A stretch of 64,000 bases of DNA from Candidatus Bathyarchaeia archaeon. GTDB lineage: Archaea > Thermoproteota > Bathyarchaeia > Bathyarchaeales > Bathycorpusculaceae. The position numbers and the translations under genes were made by a program. Location: contig JBEKSS010000003.1 of NCBI GenBank assembly GCA_049516875.1, positions 64,001-128,000 on the forward strand, written 5' to 3'. The stretch's first letter is position 1; every line of letters starts with the position of its first letter. This document shows positions 1-10,464 of the stretch, piece after piece. The notes below the pieces were generated by a model. The model saw only the letters and a list, made by a program, of their open reading frames with translations. It was not told where the DNA came from and did no database searches.

Positions 1-18
1 CTTCAAATTTAAGTCTTT

Positions 19-2781
19 CTAAACTTGTTTCTTGTGTTTTCTGCTTGTTATCCACTTTGCAGTCTCCAGTGAACCGAAAGTTATTGCCATGAACAGTATT
101 GCAAAGGCCCAGTCGAGTGGTTCAGGTGCTGATACACTAAAGGCAGAGTTTAGACCTGGCGTGTAGAGCACAATAAGCTGGAGGAAGAACGACGAAAGCA
201 CAGCGTACCACAGGAATTTATTTTTGAACACGCCGACTTTCCACACTGGATATTTCAGTGACCGGGCGGATATGGCATTAGCGAGCTCCATGATAATCAT
301 GGCGGTCAGCAGCTGAGTTCGAGCTTCCGTTAGTTGGGTCGAGCTTTCCCACGGCCGATAGAAGAAGTATCCAAACAGAAGCAGAGCTGTCATCAATATT
401 GGCACTAGGGACAGATAGAGTTTGACGTCGCGTGTGAAGATGCTTTCGTTTGGATCGCGCGGTTTTCTCTCCATTATGTCAGGGTCGCCTGGGTCAATGC
501 CAAGCGCGATTGCTGGCAAGCCATCAGTGGTCAGGTTAACCCAAAGCAGTTGTGCTGCAGTCAAGGCAATCGTTGCGCTACCGATCACTTCGGCAGGCGC
601 GCCTGGTGCATATATTTTTGCCAGGTACGGAACAGAAACCACGGCTATGAACATGACCAAGATTTCCATTATGTTGCATCGCATGAGATACGTGAGGTAT
701 TTTTTGATGTTGTCGTATATTTCTCGCCCTTCCCTAGCAGCCTTGACAATGGAGGCAAAGTTGTCATCTGTCAAGACTATGTCCGAAGCTTCTTTGGCCA
801 CCTCAGTACCCGTCACGCCCATGGAAATGCCTATGTCAGACATCCTGAGCGCTGGAGAATCATTAACACCGTCACCAGTCATAGCCACGATATGACCTTT
901 GGCCTTCCACGCCTCGATTATCCTCACCTTATGTTCAGGGGAAACGCGCGCATATATCACAACTCTTTCAACCATATCATTGAATTGTTCATCACCAAGC
1001 TTCTCCAGCTCCGCGCCTGTCAACACTTTTCCTTGCTCTTCGTTTTCACCAAGCAAGTTGAGCTCTTTGGCCACTGCTACAGCTGTAAGTCTGTGATCAC
1101 CTGTCACCATTACAACGTTTATCCCGGCTTTCTTGCAGGTTTGTATGGCATCTTTGACTTCTTCACGTGGCGGATCAATCATGCCCACAATACCGACGAA
1201 GATAAAATCTTTCTCAATCTTCTCGTCATAGGCGTTCACTGATTCGGGCAGCTCCCTGAAGGCAAAGCCCAAGTTCCTCAAAGCTTGTCTCGCCATGGCT
1301 TCATTCACTGAAAGAATCCTTGCACGATCGCTTTCAATCAGTTTGGAGATTTTGCCGTTTGCTAAAACTTTTGTGCATTTATTAAGAACTATTTCGGGGG
1401 CTCCTTTCATGTAGGCCATTCTCTTTTTGCTGGAAACGATGTGCACAGTTGTCATGCGCTTTGTTTCTGAAGAGAACGGGAGCTCGCCTATACGGGGTTG
1501 TTCCTGTTCCAGTTCTTCCTTCCATAAACCGGCTTTTGCTGCTACGACGATTAGCGCCCCTTCCGTAGGATCTCCTTTAATAGCCCATTTCTCTGACGCA
1601 GTGTCTTTTTCCAGTTTGGCGTCATTGCATAGTGTTGCAGCAATCAAGAGTGTGCGGAGCTCGTATTTCGGCTCTACTTTCGTGTCCTCAGTCGAAAATT
1701 CTCCTTCGGGTTCGTAGCCAACTCCTGAAACTTTGACGAATTCATCATCGACATAAATTCTCTGCACTGTCATTTCGCCTTTCGTCATAGTTCCAGTCTT
1801 GTCAGAACATATGACGCTCGTGCAGCCCAAAGTTTCGACGGCGGGCAGTTTCTTAACTATTGTGTTCACCTTTGCCATTCTGTACATACCCACGGCAAGT
1901 GTGCCAGTTACTATTGCCGGTAACGCTTCAGGAACGGCTGCCACAGCTAAGCTGACGCCCCACAATAACATGTCAATTATGCTGCGTCCTTGGACGATGC
2001 CTATTGCACCCACCCCAACACAAATTGTAACACATAATATGCCGATCAACTTGCCGATAGACTGTGTCCTCTTCTCAAGTGGTGTTTCCTCTTTCTTGGT
2101 CATCTGCACCATTCGGGCAATTTTTCCAAACTCTGTATTCATTCCTGTTGTTGTGGCAACTGCCTTGCCTCGACCGTAAACGACAACGGTTCCAGTAAAG
2201 GCCATGTTCCGGCGATCATTAAGCGGAAGCGCCTCGGCACAAGCATCAACATTTTTGTTTACAGGAGATGATTCTCCCGTTAGCGAAGCTTCATCCACTT
2301 TCAAATTGACAGACTCGATAAGTCGGGCGTCAGCTGGAACCCTATCCCCTGTGAACAAGAGAATTACATCCCCTGGAACAATTTCACTCGCAGGAACCTT
2401 CACTTCTTTCTTATCGCGCAATACTATTGCGGTTGGTGCCGTCATCTTCTCTAAAGCTTCAACTGCTTTCTCCGAACGGAATTCTTCCACAAATCCCAAT
2501 ATCGCGGTTGCCAAAACTATGGCAATTATGATTATGGCATCTACGATTGCCTCAACAGCTATCGAAAGAGCTGTGGCAATCAGCAAAATGATGATCAGTA
2601 TATTTGTAAATTGTTTTAAAAACATCTTGATGGGAGAAGCCCTTTTTTCTTTCTGCAGTTCGTTCAGACCATACTCGGCCAACCGTTTCTGCACTTCTGC
2701 CTGACTCAAACCATGTTCAGTAGAGTTCAATTCCTTCAATGTTTCTTCAGGACTCATTGCGTGCCAAGATTTAGACACCAA
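19..2781 (-). CDS. Cation-transporting P-type ATPase (P2A, Ca2+-type)
   Basis: DKTGT phosphorylation motif, TGES, PEAL, GDGVND and multiple TM segments in a 920-aa ORF. Confidence 0.95.
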   Translation of the reverse strand: MVSKSWHAMSPEETLKELNSTEHGLSQAEVQKRLAEYGLNELQKEKRASPIKMFLKQFTNILIIILLIATALSIAVEAIVDAIIIIAIVLATAILGFVEEFRSEKAVEALEKMTAPTAIVLRDKKEVKVPASEIVPGDVILLFTGDRVPADARLIESVNLKVDEASLTGESSPVNKNVDACAEALPLNDRRNMAFTGTVVVYGRGKAVATTTGMNTEFGKIARMVQMTKKEETPLEKRTQSIGKLIGILCVTICVGVGAIGIVQGRSIIDMLLWGVSLAVAAVPEALPAIVTGTLAVGMYRMAKVNTIVKKLPAVETLGCTSVICSDKTGTMTKGEMTVQRIYVDDEFVKVSGVGYEPEGEFSTEDTKVEPKYELRTLLIAATLCNDAKLEKDTASEKWAIKGDPTEGALIVVAAKAGLWKEELEQEQPRIGELPFSSETKRMTTVHIVSSKKRMAYMKGAPEIVLNKCTKVLANGKISKLIESDRARILSVNEAMARQALRNLGFAFRELPESVNAYDEKIEKDFIFVGIVGMIDPPREEVKDAIQTCKKAGINVVMVTGDHRLTAVAVAKELNLLGENEEQGKVLTGAELEKLGDEQFNDMVERVVIYARVSPEHKVRIIEAWKAKGHIVAMTGDGVNDSPALRMSDIGISMGVTGTEVAKEASDIVLTDDNFASIVKAAREGREIYDNIKKYLTYLMRCNIMEILVMFIAVVSVPYLAKIYAPGAPAEVIGSATIALTAAQLLWVNLTTDGLPAIALGIDPGDPDIMERKPRDPNESIFTRDVKLYLSLVPILMTALLLFGYFFYRPWESSTQLTEARTQLLTAMIIMELANAISARSLKYPVWKVGVFKNKFLWYAVLSSFFLQLIVLYTPGLNSAFSVSAPEPLDWAFAILFMAITFGSLETAKWITSRKHKKQV

Positions 2782-2797
2782 CTCAACTCCTTCCTAG

Positions 2798-3439
2798 CTA
2801 ATGTGGAGCGTATGACGTTGAAGTAGGAGCGCGCGCTCTGATAAGGACTATCGTCTCAAAAAACGGAAGATCTTGCTTCGCAATGATGTTTGCCCCCAAA
2901 CCTTTCTCCTCGAAGCCCTGCAAAGTCTCCTCGACATTAGAAAGCGTTGATTGCAACAGCAGGATTTCTCCAGTGGGCTTCAGATATTCTGGGGCTTCAC
3001 GAATGAACTTGTCAATTACCTCTTTTCCTGAATCACCACCAGCCCAAGCCCACCCCACCCAAGAGTTTTTTTCACTCTCTTCTGATGGAAGGTACGGAGC
3101 GTTGAAAAGGATCAGATCGAATTCTTTTCTGATTCTAAGCGGGGAAAACAGATCCCCTTGAACAAAAAACACGCGATCGGCAACACCATTGATTTCCGCG
3201 TTTTTTCTTGCGCACATGACAGCATAAGGATTTACATCAATCGCAACCACTCTGCTTGCCTTCTTGGCCGCAATTACGCCCAAGATCCCACAACCAGTAC
3301 CCACGTCAATAACCTTACCGCCATCTCTGATTGCCAAGTTTTCAGCAAAGAAAAAGGAGTCCTCGGCCGGCTCGTATACGTTTTCCAAGACATTGAACAC
3401 GCAGTCAGCAAAGAACACCTTTTTACTTGGTGATGACAT
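2798..3439 (-). CDS. HemK2/MTQ2-family protein methyltransferase (release factor Gln methylase)
   Basis: VYEPAEDS N-terminal motif, DVGTGCG SAM-binding loop, FNAPY (NPPY-like); downstream of rsmA. Confidence 0.88.
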   Translation of the reverse strand: MSSPSKKVFFADCVFNVLENVYEPAEDSFFFAENLAIRDGGKVIDVGTGCGILGVIAAKKASRVVAIDVNPYAVMCARKNAEINGVADRVFFVQGDLFSPLRIRKEFDLILFNAPYLPSEESEKNSWVGWAWAGGDSGKEVIDKFIREAPEYLKPTGEILLLQSTLSNVEETLQGFEEKGLGANIIAKQDLPFFETIVLIRARAPTSTSYAPH

Positions 3440-4241
3440 TGGCTAATGCTCCGATGTCTTCTGGTGTGAGTTCTCTCACTCGACGGTCACCTAGAGGAAG
3501 GGAATCAGCAATTTGGATTGCGTCTTTTTTTGCACTCCATGCTTCCTTTAGGTATGCCAGAGCTGCGTTTCTAACCGTCCTATTGCGCCTCGTAAAGAGA
3601 ACTTGAAGGAAGCGTTGGAATGACACCTCACTCCTTAACTCAAACGATGGTGACCTCTTTGGCTTCAAGCGTGTTATGATTGAATCTATTTTTGGTTGCG
3701 GATAAAACATGGACTTAGGAATCTCGTCCAAAAGCTCAACCTGTGCATGAAAGTACGTGAAAACTGTCAACCATCCGTAGTCTTCACTTCCAACAGGAGC
3801 TACAAGTCGATCCGCAAATTCCTTTTGAAAGACCAAGACTGCGCAGTCGAAGCCCCTTTTGAAGAGCCATACAAGTAAACGGGAGGAGATTTGATAAGGC
3901 GGAATTGAAACAATTTTATTAAATGAGGGGACACCGACCTTGAGAATGCTGCCTTCAATTATCTTCACGTTGGATGCCCCCCTAAGCTGTTCACGCAAAA
4001 TGTCGGCAAGCCGCGCGTCAACTTCGACAGCAAGGACCATCTTGCATTTTTCCCTCAAGAAACGAGTCAAAAAACCCAGCCCAGCACCGATCTCCAACAC
4101 AGTATCATCACAATTCAGTAAAGCATAGTCAACCATTTTTTGAAAAAACCGTGATTCAATCATGAAGTTCTGGCCTAAACTCCTCTTCGGCATAATTCGA
4201 TGCCTTCGAAGCAAAGACTTCGTATCTTCCAATAGACTCAT
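3423..4241 (-). CDS. rsmA: 16S rRNA adenine dimethyltransferase KsgA/Dim1
   Basis: LGQNF, VLEIGAGLG, SIPPYQISS, FYPQPKIDS motifs. Confidence 0.95.
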   Translation of the reverse strand: MSLLEDTKSLLRRHRIMPKRSLGQNFMIESRFFQKMVDYALLNCDDTVLEIGAGLGFLTRFLREKCKMVLAVEVDARLADILREQLRGASNVKIIEGSILKVGVPSFNKIVSIPPYQISSRLLVWLFKRGFDCAVLVFQKEFADRLVAPVGSEDYGWLTVFTYFHAQVELLDEIPKSMFYPQPKIDSIITRLKPKRSPSFELRSEVSFQRFLQVLFTRRNRTVRNAALAYLKEAWSAKKDAIQIADSLPLGDRRVRELTPEDIGALANVITK

Positions 4242-4267
4242 TCTACCCCGTTAAACGATTGATTGAG

Positions 4268-4843
4268 CTATTGTGTCCTCGTAAATAATCTATACTTGCT
4301 GTCGCCGCCCAACTCTTCCATGACTCTCTTTGTAATCAGTTTAACCGGATTAGGTAATTCTGTGCGTTTCTGCAAGTCTTCAAAACTCGCAAAAGGTTTC
4401 TTCTCTCGTTCATTTATGACTTGCCACATGTATTTCTTGCCTATTCCTGGAACCAGTTCCAATGCATGCATTCTCGGTGTAACTGCCCTTGCGGTGTTGA
4501 AGAATTCGACGAACCGTTTTTCACGGTTCAGCACGATCTTGTTGATCACTGTTGGAAGCTCTGTCTTTGCGGCTGCAGTTAGCTCGTCGTAGCCTATTCG
4601 ACCGATGATGTACGTTATTTCTTCCCGAGCCTCTTTTCCAACGAAAACACGATCATGAGGCCTGAGTATCACGCCTTCTTTGGCCAATGCTTCTAGGAGT
4701 GTGAAGAATCCTTCACCTACCAATTGAACCAAAGCTCCCGCTCGATAGCCAGCTCGTCCTGAAACATGCACTCCAGGGCGGCCGTGCGGCAGAAAGTCCA
4801 AGATATAAGCGTACTCTTCGTACCGCTTCTCCATCATTGTCAT
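4268..4843 (-). CDS. DUF655 putative nucleic-acid-binding protein
   Basis: YEEYAYILDFL, HALELVPGIGKK HhH motif; conserved position between rpo4 and rsmA. Confidence 0.9.
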   Translation of the reverse strand: MTMMEKRYEEYAYILDFLPHGRPGVHVSGRAGYRAGALVQLVGEGFFTLLEALAKEGVILRPHDRVFVGKEAREEITYIIGRIGYDELTAAAKTELPTVINKIVLNREKRFVEFFNTARAVTPRMHALELVPGIGKKYMWQVINEREKKPFASFEDLQKRTELPNPVKLITKRVMEELGGDSKYRLFTRTQ

Positions 4844-4894
4844 TATTTCCTCTATTTAGTCTCTTATTACTTAAAATAGTTAGTATCGACCAGC

Positions 4895-5233
4895 CTATTT
4901 CAATTTTCGATGTTCATCTAGCAGGTTCACTATAGCTTCTAGTTTCGATGTTTCAATGATTTTGCGTCCGCCAGCCAGAAACACTCTCAACTCTTCAACA
5001 CTTTTCGGCATGCAGTTGACTATTTGCACTGCCTCTATCTCGTCCAGACCATAGTCTGCCACGAGTTTTCCAACCAGTTTTTCGGCAGATTCAGCGTCGG
5101 TCTTCGAAAACTTTGAGACATAATCGAACGTACGGCGCTGTAGCTGATCAAGGTTTTCTTCACCTATAGACTCCAGCAAGTTCTTAACCTGCGGGAGGCT
5201 CAGTTTCTTTTCTGTCATGCTCTTTTCCGACAT
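4895..5233 (-). CDS. rpo4: RNA polymerase subunit Rpo4 (F)
   Basis: AVQIVNCMPKSVEELRVF HRDC-like motif; start moved to ATG at 5233 directly after the rpl21e stop. Confidence 0.88.
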   Translation of the reverse strand: MSEKSMTEKKLSLPQVKNLLESIGEENLDQLQRRTFDYVSKFSKTDAESAEKLVGKLVADYGLDEIEAVQIVNCMPKSVEELRVFLAGGRKIIETSKLEAIVNLLDEHRKLK

Positions 5234-5234
5234 T

Positions 5235-5537
5235 CTAATCACTCTTGCAAGGTTCCAAATGTTCAGGTCTGACGATGATCTCCCTAATAGCGTCTCCCTG
5301 TGAAACACTCACCACGTAACTCCGTCCCCGCTTGTTGAGTATCGTACCGACTCTGCCGTGGTAGCGCCTGTGAGGCATTCCCTTGTGAACACTCGAGTCT
5401 ATCTTGATAACAACGCTGGTTCCAGGCTGATACTCATGAAGCAACTTGCTCAGCCTCAGTTTGCCGTGCTCTCTAGGTTCCTTTGTCAAAAGACGACGTG
5501 CTCCAGAACGATAACCCTTCGATCCCCTCATTCTCAT
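5235..5537 (-). CDS. rpl21e: 50S ribosomal protein L21e
   Basis: SKGYRSGAR, HKGMPHRRYHGRVG, IVRPEHL. Confidence 0.97.
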   Translation of the reverse strand: MRMRGSKGYRSGARRLLTKEPREHGKLRLSKLLHEYQPGTSVVIKIDSSVHKGMPHRRYHGRVGTILNKRGRSYVVSVSQGDAIREIIVRPEHLEPCKSD

Positions 5538-5544
5538 AACTCTC

Positions 5545-6879
5545 CTAATCGTCCATAACTATGTTCAGAACATCAAGTTCCATCGGCTTCGCTTTATTCT
5601 TGAGAATTTCTGAAACGCTGGGAACTGTTCTTCCTTCATCCCCAGTAACCAGTTCTTTAACGTAGAGCCCTCCTTGACATCGTAATCTCATTTCAGCCTT
5701 TCTAGGTGACAATTTCTTAACGTCCACGTCATATATGTACCTTTCCCGCGTCAGATCAGCGCGTCTGTGCAAAACGCGAACAGGGGTCTTCTGCTCAATC
5801 ATGACATTTGTCAGGCTCTTTTCCAAGAAGTGCATATCTTTGGTCGTGATCTTGTTTTCAAATTCGATGAACATACGATATTCTTTCTGCTTGGATTCGC
5901 CTCCCTTTAGTTTTCTGACGACATCTCTGTTTGCAAATCTCAGACCTACAACCTCAACCTTGTTCACCCCGTACACATTCACCGCATCTTCAGCTTTCTT
6001 AAGGTCTAAGAAACGCTTTTTCGGAGTCGCGATTTCAATCACAAAAGGTCTGCCATTGCCCAGCATGCGGGCGTCGATATCTTCTCTTCCAGAGGCGTGA
6101 AATGAGGCACTTGCACCACTTGTTGCTTCCAACAAGGGCTTCTCAACTATTTCCTGCACCGACTCCGGATACATTTTTCCAGTCCAGTTACATTTAATGC
6201 AACCTTTTCCCCAGCATTCCGAACAGAACCATTTTGATTGCGGAATGCTTCTGACAAGTTTTTTGTATCGGCCAGCTATGAAAAGAGGATTGACTTGAAG
6301 TCTCACAAGACCAGAGAACGGCTCAACGAGCACGACAATCTCTGGCTTCTTGAAGTCTACGTCCTTCCCGCTTCGCTCTGCAATTCTTCTACCGACCGTT
6401 CTCGCGAACTCTTTGCGGAGGCTCTCACCGTGACTCACGCCAAACTCTGCCCTAAACTCGTCTTCTCGTTCAGCAAATATCAAGGACAACTCTATGCCCG
6501 CCAAGAAACTGCTGTACTCATACTCCACTAGAAGACCAAGAGCTTTTTCCGCCAAATCATTACAAATTTCAAGTTTGCCCTCACACAAGAAGCATTTTTC
6601 TAGAATATCTTTAGTCTCAATGCATTCTCCCATTCTGCTAATTATCTCTGTTGCGATTTTGGAAAAACCGTTGGTCGCCAAGACCCTGAGAATCTTTAAC
6701 CCTTGTTTGCTTTCTGAAAGCGCCAACGCATGAGCTTCGAACGTCAAGGCCAGTTTTATTGCCTTTCCTCTTTCATCGTTCTCAACGCCGTGGCCTAAAA
6801 GGGCAAATTGCCTTCCCAAACAATGGTCACATAAGGGATATTTCTCAAGCATCCTCTGAGCTTCTTGCAGAATGCTCAT
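5545..6879 (-). CDS. pus10: tRNA pseudouridine(54/55) synthase Pus10
   Basis: LCDHCLGR N-terminus, GREDIDARMLGNGRPF, QKTPVRVLHRRAD, GGLYVKEL. Confidence 0.96.
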   Translation of the reverse strand: MSILQEAQRMLEKYPLCDHCLGRQFALLGHGVENDERGKAIKLALTFEAHALALSESKQGLKILRVLATNGFSKIATEIISRMGECIETKDILEKCFLCEGKLEICNDLAEKALGLLVEYEYSSFLAGIELSLIFAEREDEFRAEFGVSHGESLRKEFARTVGRRIAERSGKDVDFKKPEIVVLVEPFSGLVRLQVNPLFIAGRYKKLVRSIPQSKWFCSECWGKGCIKCNWTGKMYPESVQEIVEKPLLEATSGASASFHASGREDIDARMLGNGRPFVIEIATPKKRFLDLKKAEDAVNVYGVNKVEVVGLRFANRDVVRKLKGGESKQKEYRMFIEFENKITTKDMHFLEKSLTNVMIEQKTPVRVLHRRADLTRERYIYDVDVKKLSPRKAEMRLRCQGGLYVKELVTGDEGRTVPSVSEILKNKAKPMELDVLNIVMDD

Positions 6880-6908
6880 TCAACATGCCTTCCAGAGCCC
6901 GACCTTGC

Positions 6909-8243
6909 CTACTTGAGATCAACCGGCAACCCCTTTCCGAAGAAAGGAAGTTTCTTTTGTCTACGCATCGTCTTCAACATACGCCGCATCATTACGTACT
7001 GTTTCAGAAGTTCCTTCACTTCTTTCTCACTGGTACCTGAACCCCTGGCTACACGTTTCATCCTTGAAGCGTTGAAGATTTTCGGGTTGTCCTTCTCGGC
7101 GGGCGTCATAGACTGAATCATCACGCGCCACTTTTCCAGACGCCCTTCAGCAGTGTTCAGCATCTCATCCGGGATTTTGTAAGACATTCCCGGAATCAGA
7201 TTCATGAGTTTCTTAAAGGTGCCCATTCCCTTCATAGCTTCGAACTGCTCATACATGTCTGTTAAAGTGAACTTGCCGCTCAAGATAGCCTTGGCCTTCT
7301 TTTCTGGAACTGTTATTTCTGCCTCACGCACTTTGTCAAGGAGTGTTTCCAAGTCACCCATTCCAAGCAGACGGCCAACGAAACGTGAAGGAACGAACGC
7401 TTCGACATCCTCTGTTTTTTCTCCGGTACCGATGAACTTTATAGGTGCACCCGTTGCCGCCACTGCAGATAGAGCACCGCCTCCCCTTGCAGACCCATCG
7501 AGTTTCGTGACAAGTATTGAACCTATAGGTGTTGCTTCATTGAAGGCTTTTGCCTGAACCAACGCTTGCTGGCCTATTGTCCCATCGATAACAAGCATAA
7601 CTTCATCAGGCTTGATGCTTCTTTCGAGCATCTTCATTTCTTTGATGAGTTCTTGTTCCTCTTTATGACGGCCGGAAGTGTCGACGATGACCACGTCCTT
7701 CTCGCTAAACTGGTTCAAGCCTTCGGTAACGACTTTAATGGGATCCTTTGTCTTCAAGTTACCATACAATGGCACGTTGATTCTGCTTACTAGCTGCTGA
7801 AGCTGAGCGTAAGCGCCGGGTCGAAAAGTGTCCGCACAGATTACAGCGGGCTTTAAGCCTCTCTTCTGAAAATATCTTGCAAGTTTGGCTGCAGCAGTTG
7901 TCTTTCCAGAACCTTGGATGCCAACAAGCATTATTATTCTTCTTTTTCCCGGCTCCATTTTTATTGGTGTAGGCTTGTCTCCTAGGAAACGCGTCAACTC
8001 TTCATAGACTACTTTTATAACGTGCTCGCGTCTGGAAATGCCAGGCGGAACTTTTTCCTTTAGCGCCCTTTCTTCTATTCTTTTGGAAATGTCGAGTACA
8101 AGTTTGACGTTAACATCTGCTTGAAGCAGAGCCTTTTGTACATCATGCACAAGCTCCTTGACTGTGGCCTCGTCTACAACGGAAGCCCTGAAAACCTTTC
8201 TTAATGCTTCGTAAAGTGACGAACCCAGGTGATCAAGAGACAT
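6909..8243 (-). CDS. srp54: Signal recognition particle protein SRP54
   Basis: GIQGSGKTT, DTSGRH, TKLDGSARGGG, Met-rich M domain. Confidence 0.97.
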   Translation of the reverse strand: MSLDHLGSSLYEALRKVFRASVVDEATVKELVHDVQKALLQADVNVKLVLDISKRIEERALKEKVPPGISRREHVIKVVYEELTRFLGDKPTPIKMEPGKRRIIMLVGIQGSGKTTAAAKLARYFQKRGLKPAVICADTFRPGAYAQLQQLVSRINVPLYGNLKTKDPIKVVTEGLNQFSEKDVVIVDTSGRHKEEQELIKEMKMLERSIKPDEVMLVIDGTIGQQALVQAKAFNEATPIGSILVTKLDGSARGGGALSAVAATGAPIKFIGTGEKTEDVEAFVPSRFVGRLLGMGDLETLLDKVREAEITVPEKKAKAILSGKFTLTDMYEQFEAMKGMGTFKKLMNLIPGMSYKIPDEMLNTAEGRLEKWRVMIQSMTPAEKDNPKIFNASRMKRVARGSGTSEKEVKELLKQYVMMRRMLKTMRRQKKLPFFGKGLPVDLK

Positions 8244-8352
8244 GTTTTTCTCCAGATTTACAACGCTTCATGCCATTAATAGCTATTCCGTTCTTCAAGC
8301 CCTGCTTCCACAAGCTTTTTACATTTCACACATCTTCTAGAGGGTTTGAGGG

Positions 8353-9105
8353 TTGAATTTGAGTGAAGAAGTCAAGATTGTCGAGAAGAAGAAGATACCG
8401 ACAGGGGCCACGTTGCTTTTTGCTTTTCCAGATGTTGGACTAGTCGGAGTGATAGCTGCTTCACATTTAATTGACGAGCTAGGCTTGACTGAAGTAGCCT
8501 ACTTGGATTCGAATCTGCTGCCACCGCTCATCGTACTGCACGAAGGCCTGCCGCACTCTTCAATAAGGATTTTCGCAGGCCAGGACACTCTCTTGGCGGT
8601 CTCAGAAGTACCGATACCCACTGACGTGATCTATCCGATAATGGATGCTTTGATTAACTGGGGAAAAAGCAAGAACGTTAAAATGATGATTTCGCTCAGC
8701 GGAATACCCATCCAAGACAGGCAAGATGTTACAGAACTAAAATCGTTCGCCGCCGCATCAAACGCCGAGGCACTGAAGACAGCTCAAGAGAAGGGCCTAG
8801 AGATTCTAACAGAAGGATACATGGTCGGCCCTCAAGCAGTTGTGCTTCAACGCGCTGCAGAAGCGGGGTCACCTGCCCTAACACTGCTTGCACAGTGTTT
8901 CTACAACTATCCAGACCCAGAGGCGGCTGCAGAAGTTCTGAAGGAGCTAGCAAAGATAACGGGATTGAAAGTGAACGTTGCAAAATTGTTGGAGAAAGGC
9001 GAGGAAATCCGATTAAGAGCAAGGGACGTGATGAAGCGAACTCAACAAGAGATGTCGAAGATGAAGAAAAGCCAAGAATACGACATCCCGATGTACGTCT
9101 CATAA
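8353..9105 (+). CDS. PAC2-family proteasome assembly chaperone-like protein
   Basis: FPDVGLVGVIAASHLI, YPDPEAAA, C-terminal MYVS. Confidence 0.88.
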   Translation: MNLSEEVKIVEKKKIPTGATLLFAFPDVGLVGVIAASHLIDELGLTEVAYLDSNLLPPLIVLHEGLPHSSIRIFAGQDTLLAVSEVPIPTDVIYPIMDALINWGKSKNVKMMISLSGIPIQDRQDVTELKSFAAASNAEALKTAQEKGLEILTEGYMVGPQAVVLQRAAEAGSPALTLLAQCFYNYPDPEAAAEVLKELAKITGLKVNVAKLLEKGEEIRLRARDVMKRTQQEMSKMKKSQEYDIPMYVS

Positions 9106-9118
9106 GGAGCATAGAAAG

Positions 9119-9541
9119 ATGTCGATTAGAAAGAGACAGTCAATCTCTGACATAATAGATGAGTACTTTGAAGATATGGAAAAATGGGCTGAGCAGGTCA
9201 GAGAAACTTTGAGTGAAAGACCATGCTGGGATCTGAAGACTTGTGCAATAGAGCCTTTGCGAGAGATAACGGTCACGCCCACAGAGGTGATAGTCACAGT
9301 TGACTTGCCATACGCAAAGAAAGAGACCGTCCAAGTTAAAGTAGTGAATGCCACCTCTCTTGAGATATTCGCCGAAATGAAAAAGAAAATACGTCTCACC
9401 GAACTTGGCGTAACACACAGGAAAGGCGTGATTCAGAGATTTCATGGCTGGATCCGCATTCCAGTGACAGTTAACATTGACAAAATGAGGGTTCAAAACA
9501 AAAAGGGAATTTTAGAAATAAAGTTACCCCGCAAACGCTAA
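9119..9541 (+). CDS. Hsp20/alpha-crystallin small heat-shock protein
   Basis: EVIVTVDLPYAKKETVQV and KGILEIKLP alpha-crystallin motifs. Confidence 0.85.
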   Translation: MSIRKRQSISDIIDEYFEDMEKWAEQVRETLSERPCWDLKTCAIEPLREITVTPTEVIVTVDLPYAKKETVQVKVVNATSLEIFAEMKKKIRLTELGVTHRKGVIQRFHGWIRIPVTVNIDKMRVQNKKGILEIKLPRKR

Positions 9542-9711
9542 CATGTGACCCATGCAAGAAGGATACAGAAGCCTCAGCACCTAAATATCGTCACAAATCA
9601 GACGGCTCTTCATGCATCATCGGCCCCAAAGTATGCAATGTAGGACGATGAGATAAACCTTGACGAAAGTCTTTTAACAACAAAACGTGATACGACTTAA
9701 CAGTTTGGTGG

Positions 9712-9918
9712 GTGCAAAATCTGACGGGCGAAAGAGCAATTCACGTCGTGATTTTCCTTCTTGTGCTAATAGGCTTATGTGGAATAAGTGGCTGGATAAT
9801 CTACGCCTCTGCGCCGAACGATTTGTTGAGAATTGCAGGAATTGCTTTGGGTTGGGGAATTATCCTATTGGCTCTCTACGCTGGATTTAGAGCGCTTAAT
9901 TGGAAATGGTGGGAATAA
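9712..9918 (+). CDS. Small two-TM membrane protein, unknown function
   Basis: 68 aa with two hydrophobic helices; GGTG-like RBS and upstream TTTTAA box. Confidence 0.6.
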   Translation: MQNLTGERAIHVVIFLLVLIGLCGISGWIIYASAPNDLLRIAGIALGWGIILLALYAGFRALNWKWWE

Positions 9919-9975
9919 ACGCCATCTTTAGAGAGCCAGAACGATTGCATGTAACTCAGGCTATACTCTTTCACT

Positions 9976-10368
9976 CTATTTTGTTCTCATGATCTTCATT
10001 TTTCCGAGTATCCGCCAATATTCAATTTCTGTGCCAGGCGCAATCTTTGCTTTCAACTCCTCTTCTTGCGGATAAGGAGCATCAAAGTACTCGTAAGTCT
10101 CCAGGTCCATGATTTGAACGCCCGTAGGGTTGACCGCAAACACCTGTCCCATACGCTTGTCAATGATGGGAACTTCTGCACCAAGATCAACAGGCTTCAC
10201 AAAGCTTCTCTTAACCCCGTCCCAAACGCCTACAGCCGTTATTCTAGCTTTGGCTGAACCGTGCTTTCCTGGCTTCGACTTGTCTATCTCAACTATATGA
10301 CATGGTTCGCCGTCGATTACCATGTATCCGCCGACTCTCAACTCGCCAACGTGAACTGGTTTGGTCAT
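9976..10368 (-). CDS. eif5a: Translation factor aIF-5A
   Basis: SKPGKHGSAK hypusination motif; start moved to ATG at 10368 (MTKPVHVGEL). Confidence 0.97.
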   Translation of the reverse strand: MTKPVHVGELRVGGYMVIDGEPCHIVEIDKSKPGKHGSAKARITAVGVWDGVKRSFVKPVDLGAEVPIIDKRMGQVFAVNPTGVQIMDLETYEYFDAPYPQEEELKAKIAPGTEIEYWRILGKMKIMRTK

Positions 10369-10464
10369 GTGCAAGCCAACCTGCAACTGATTACTTACAG
10401 AGCCATTTTGAGCTACACGCATATATAGATTAAGGTGTCGGTAGTAGGTTGAGGGTGGACTGAC

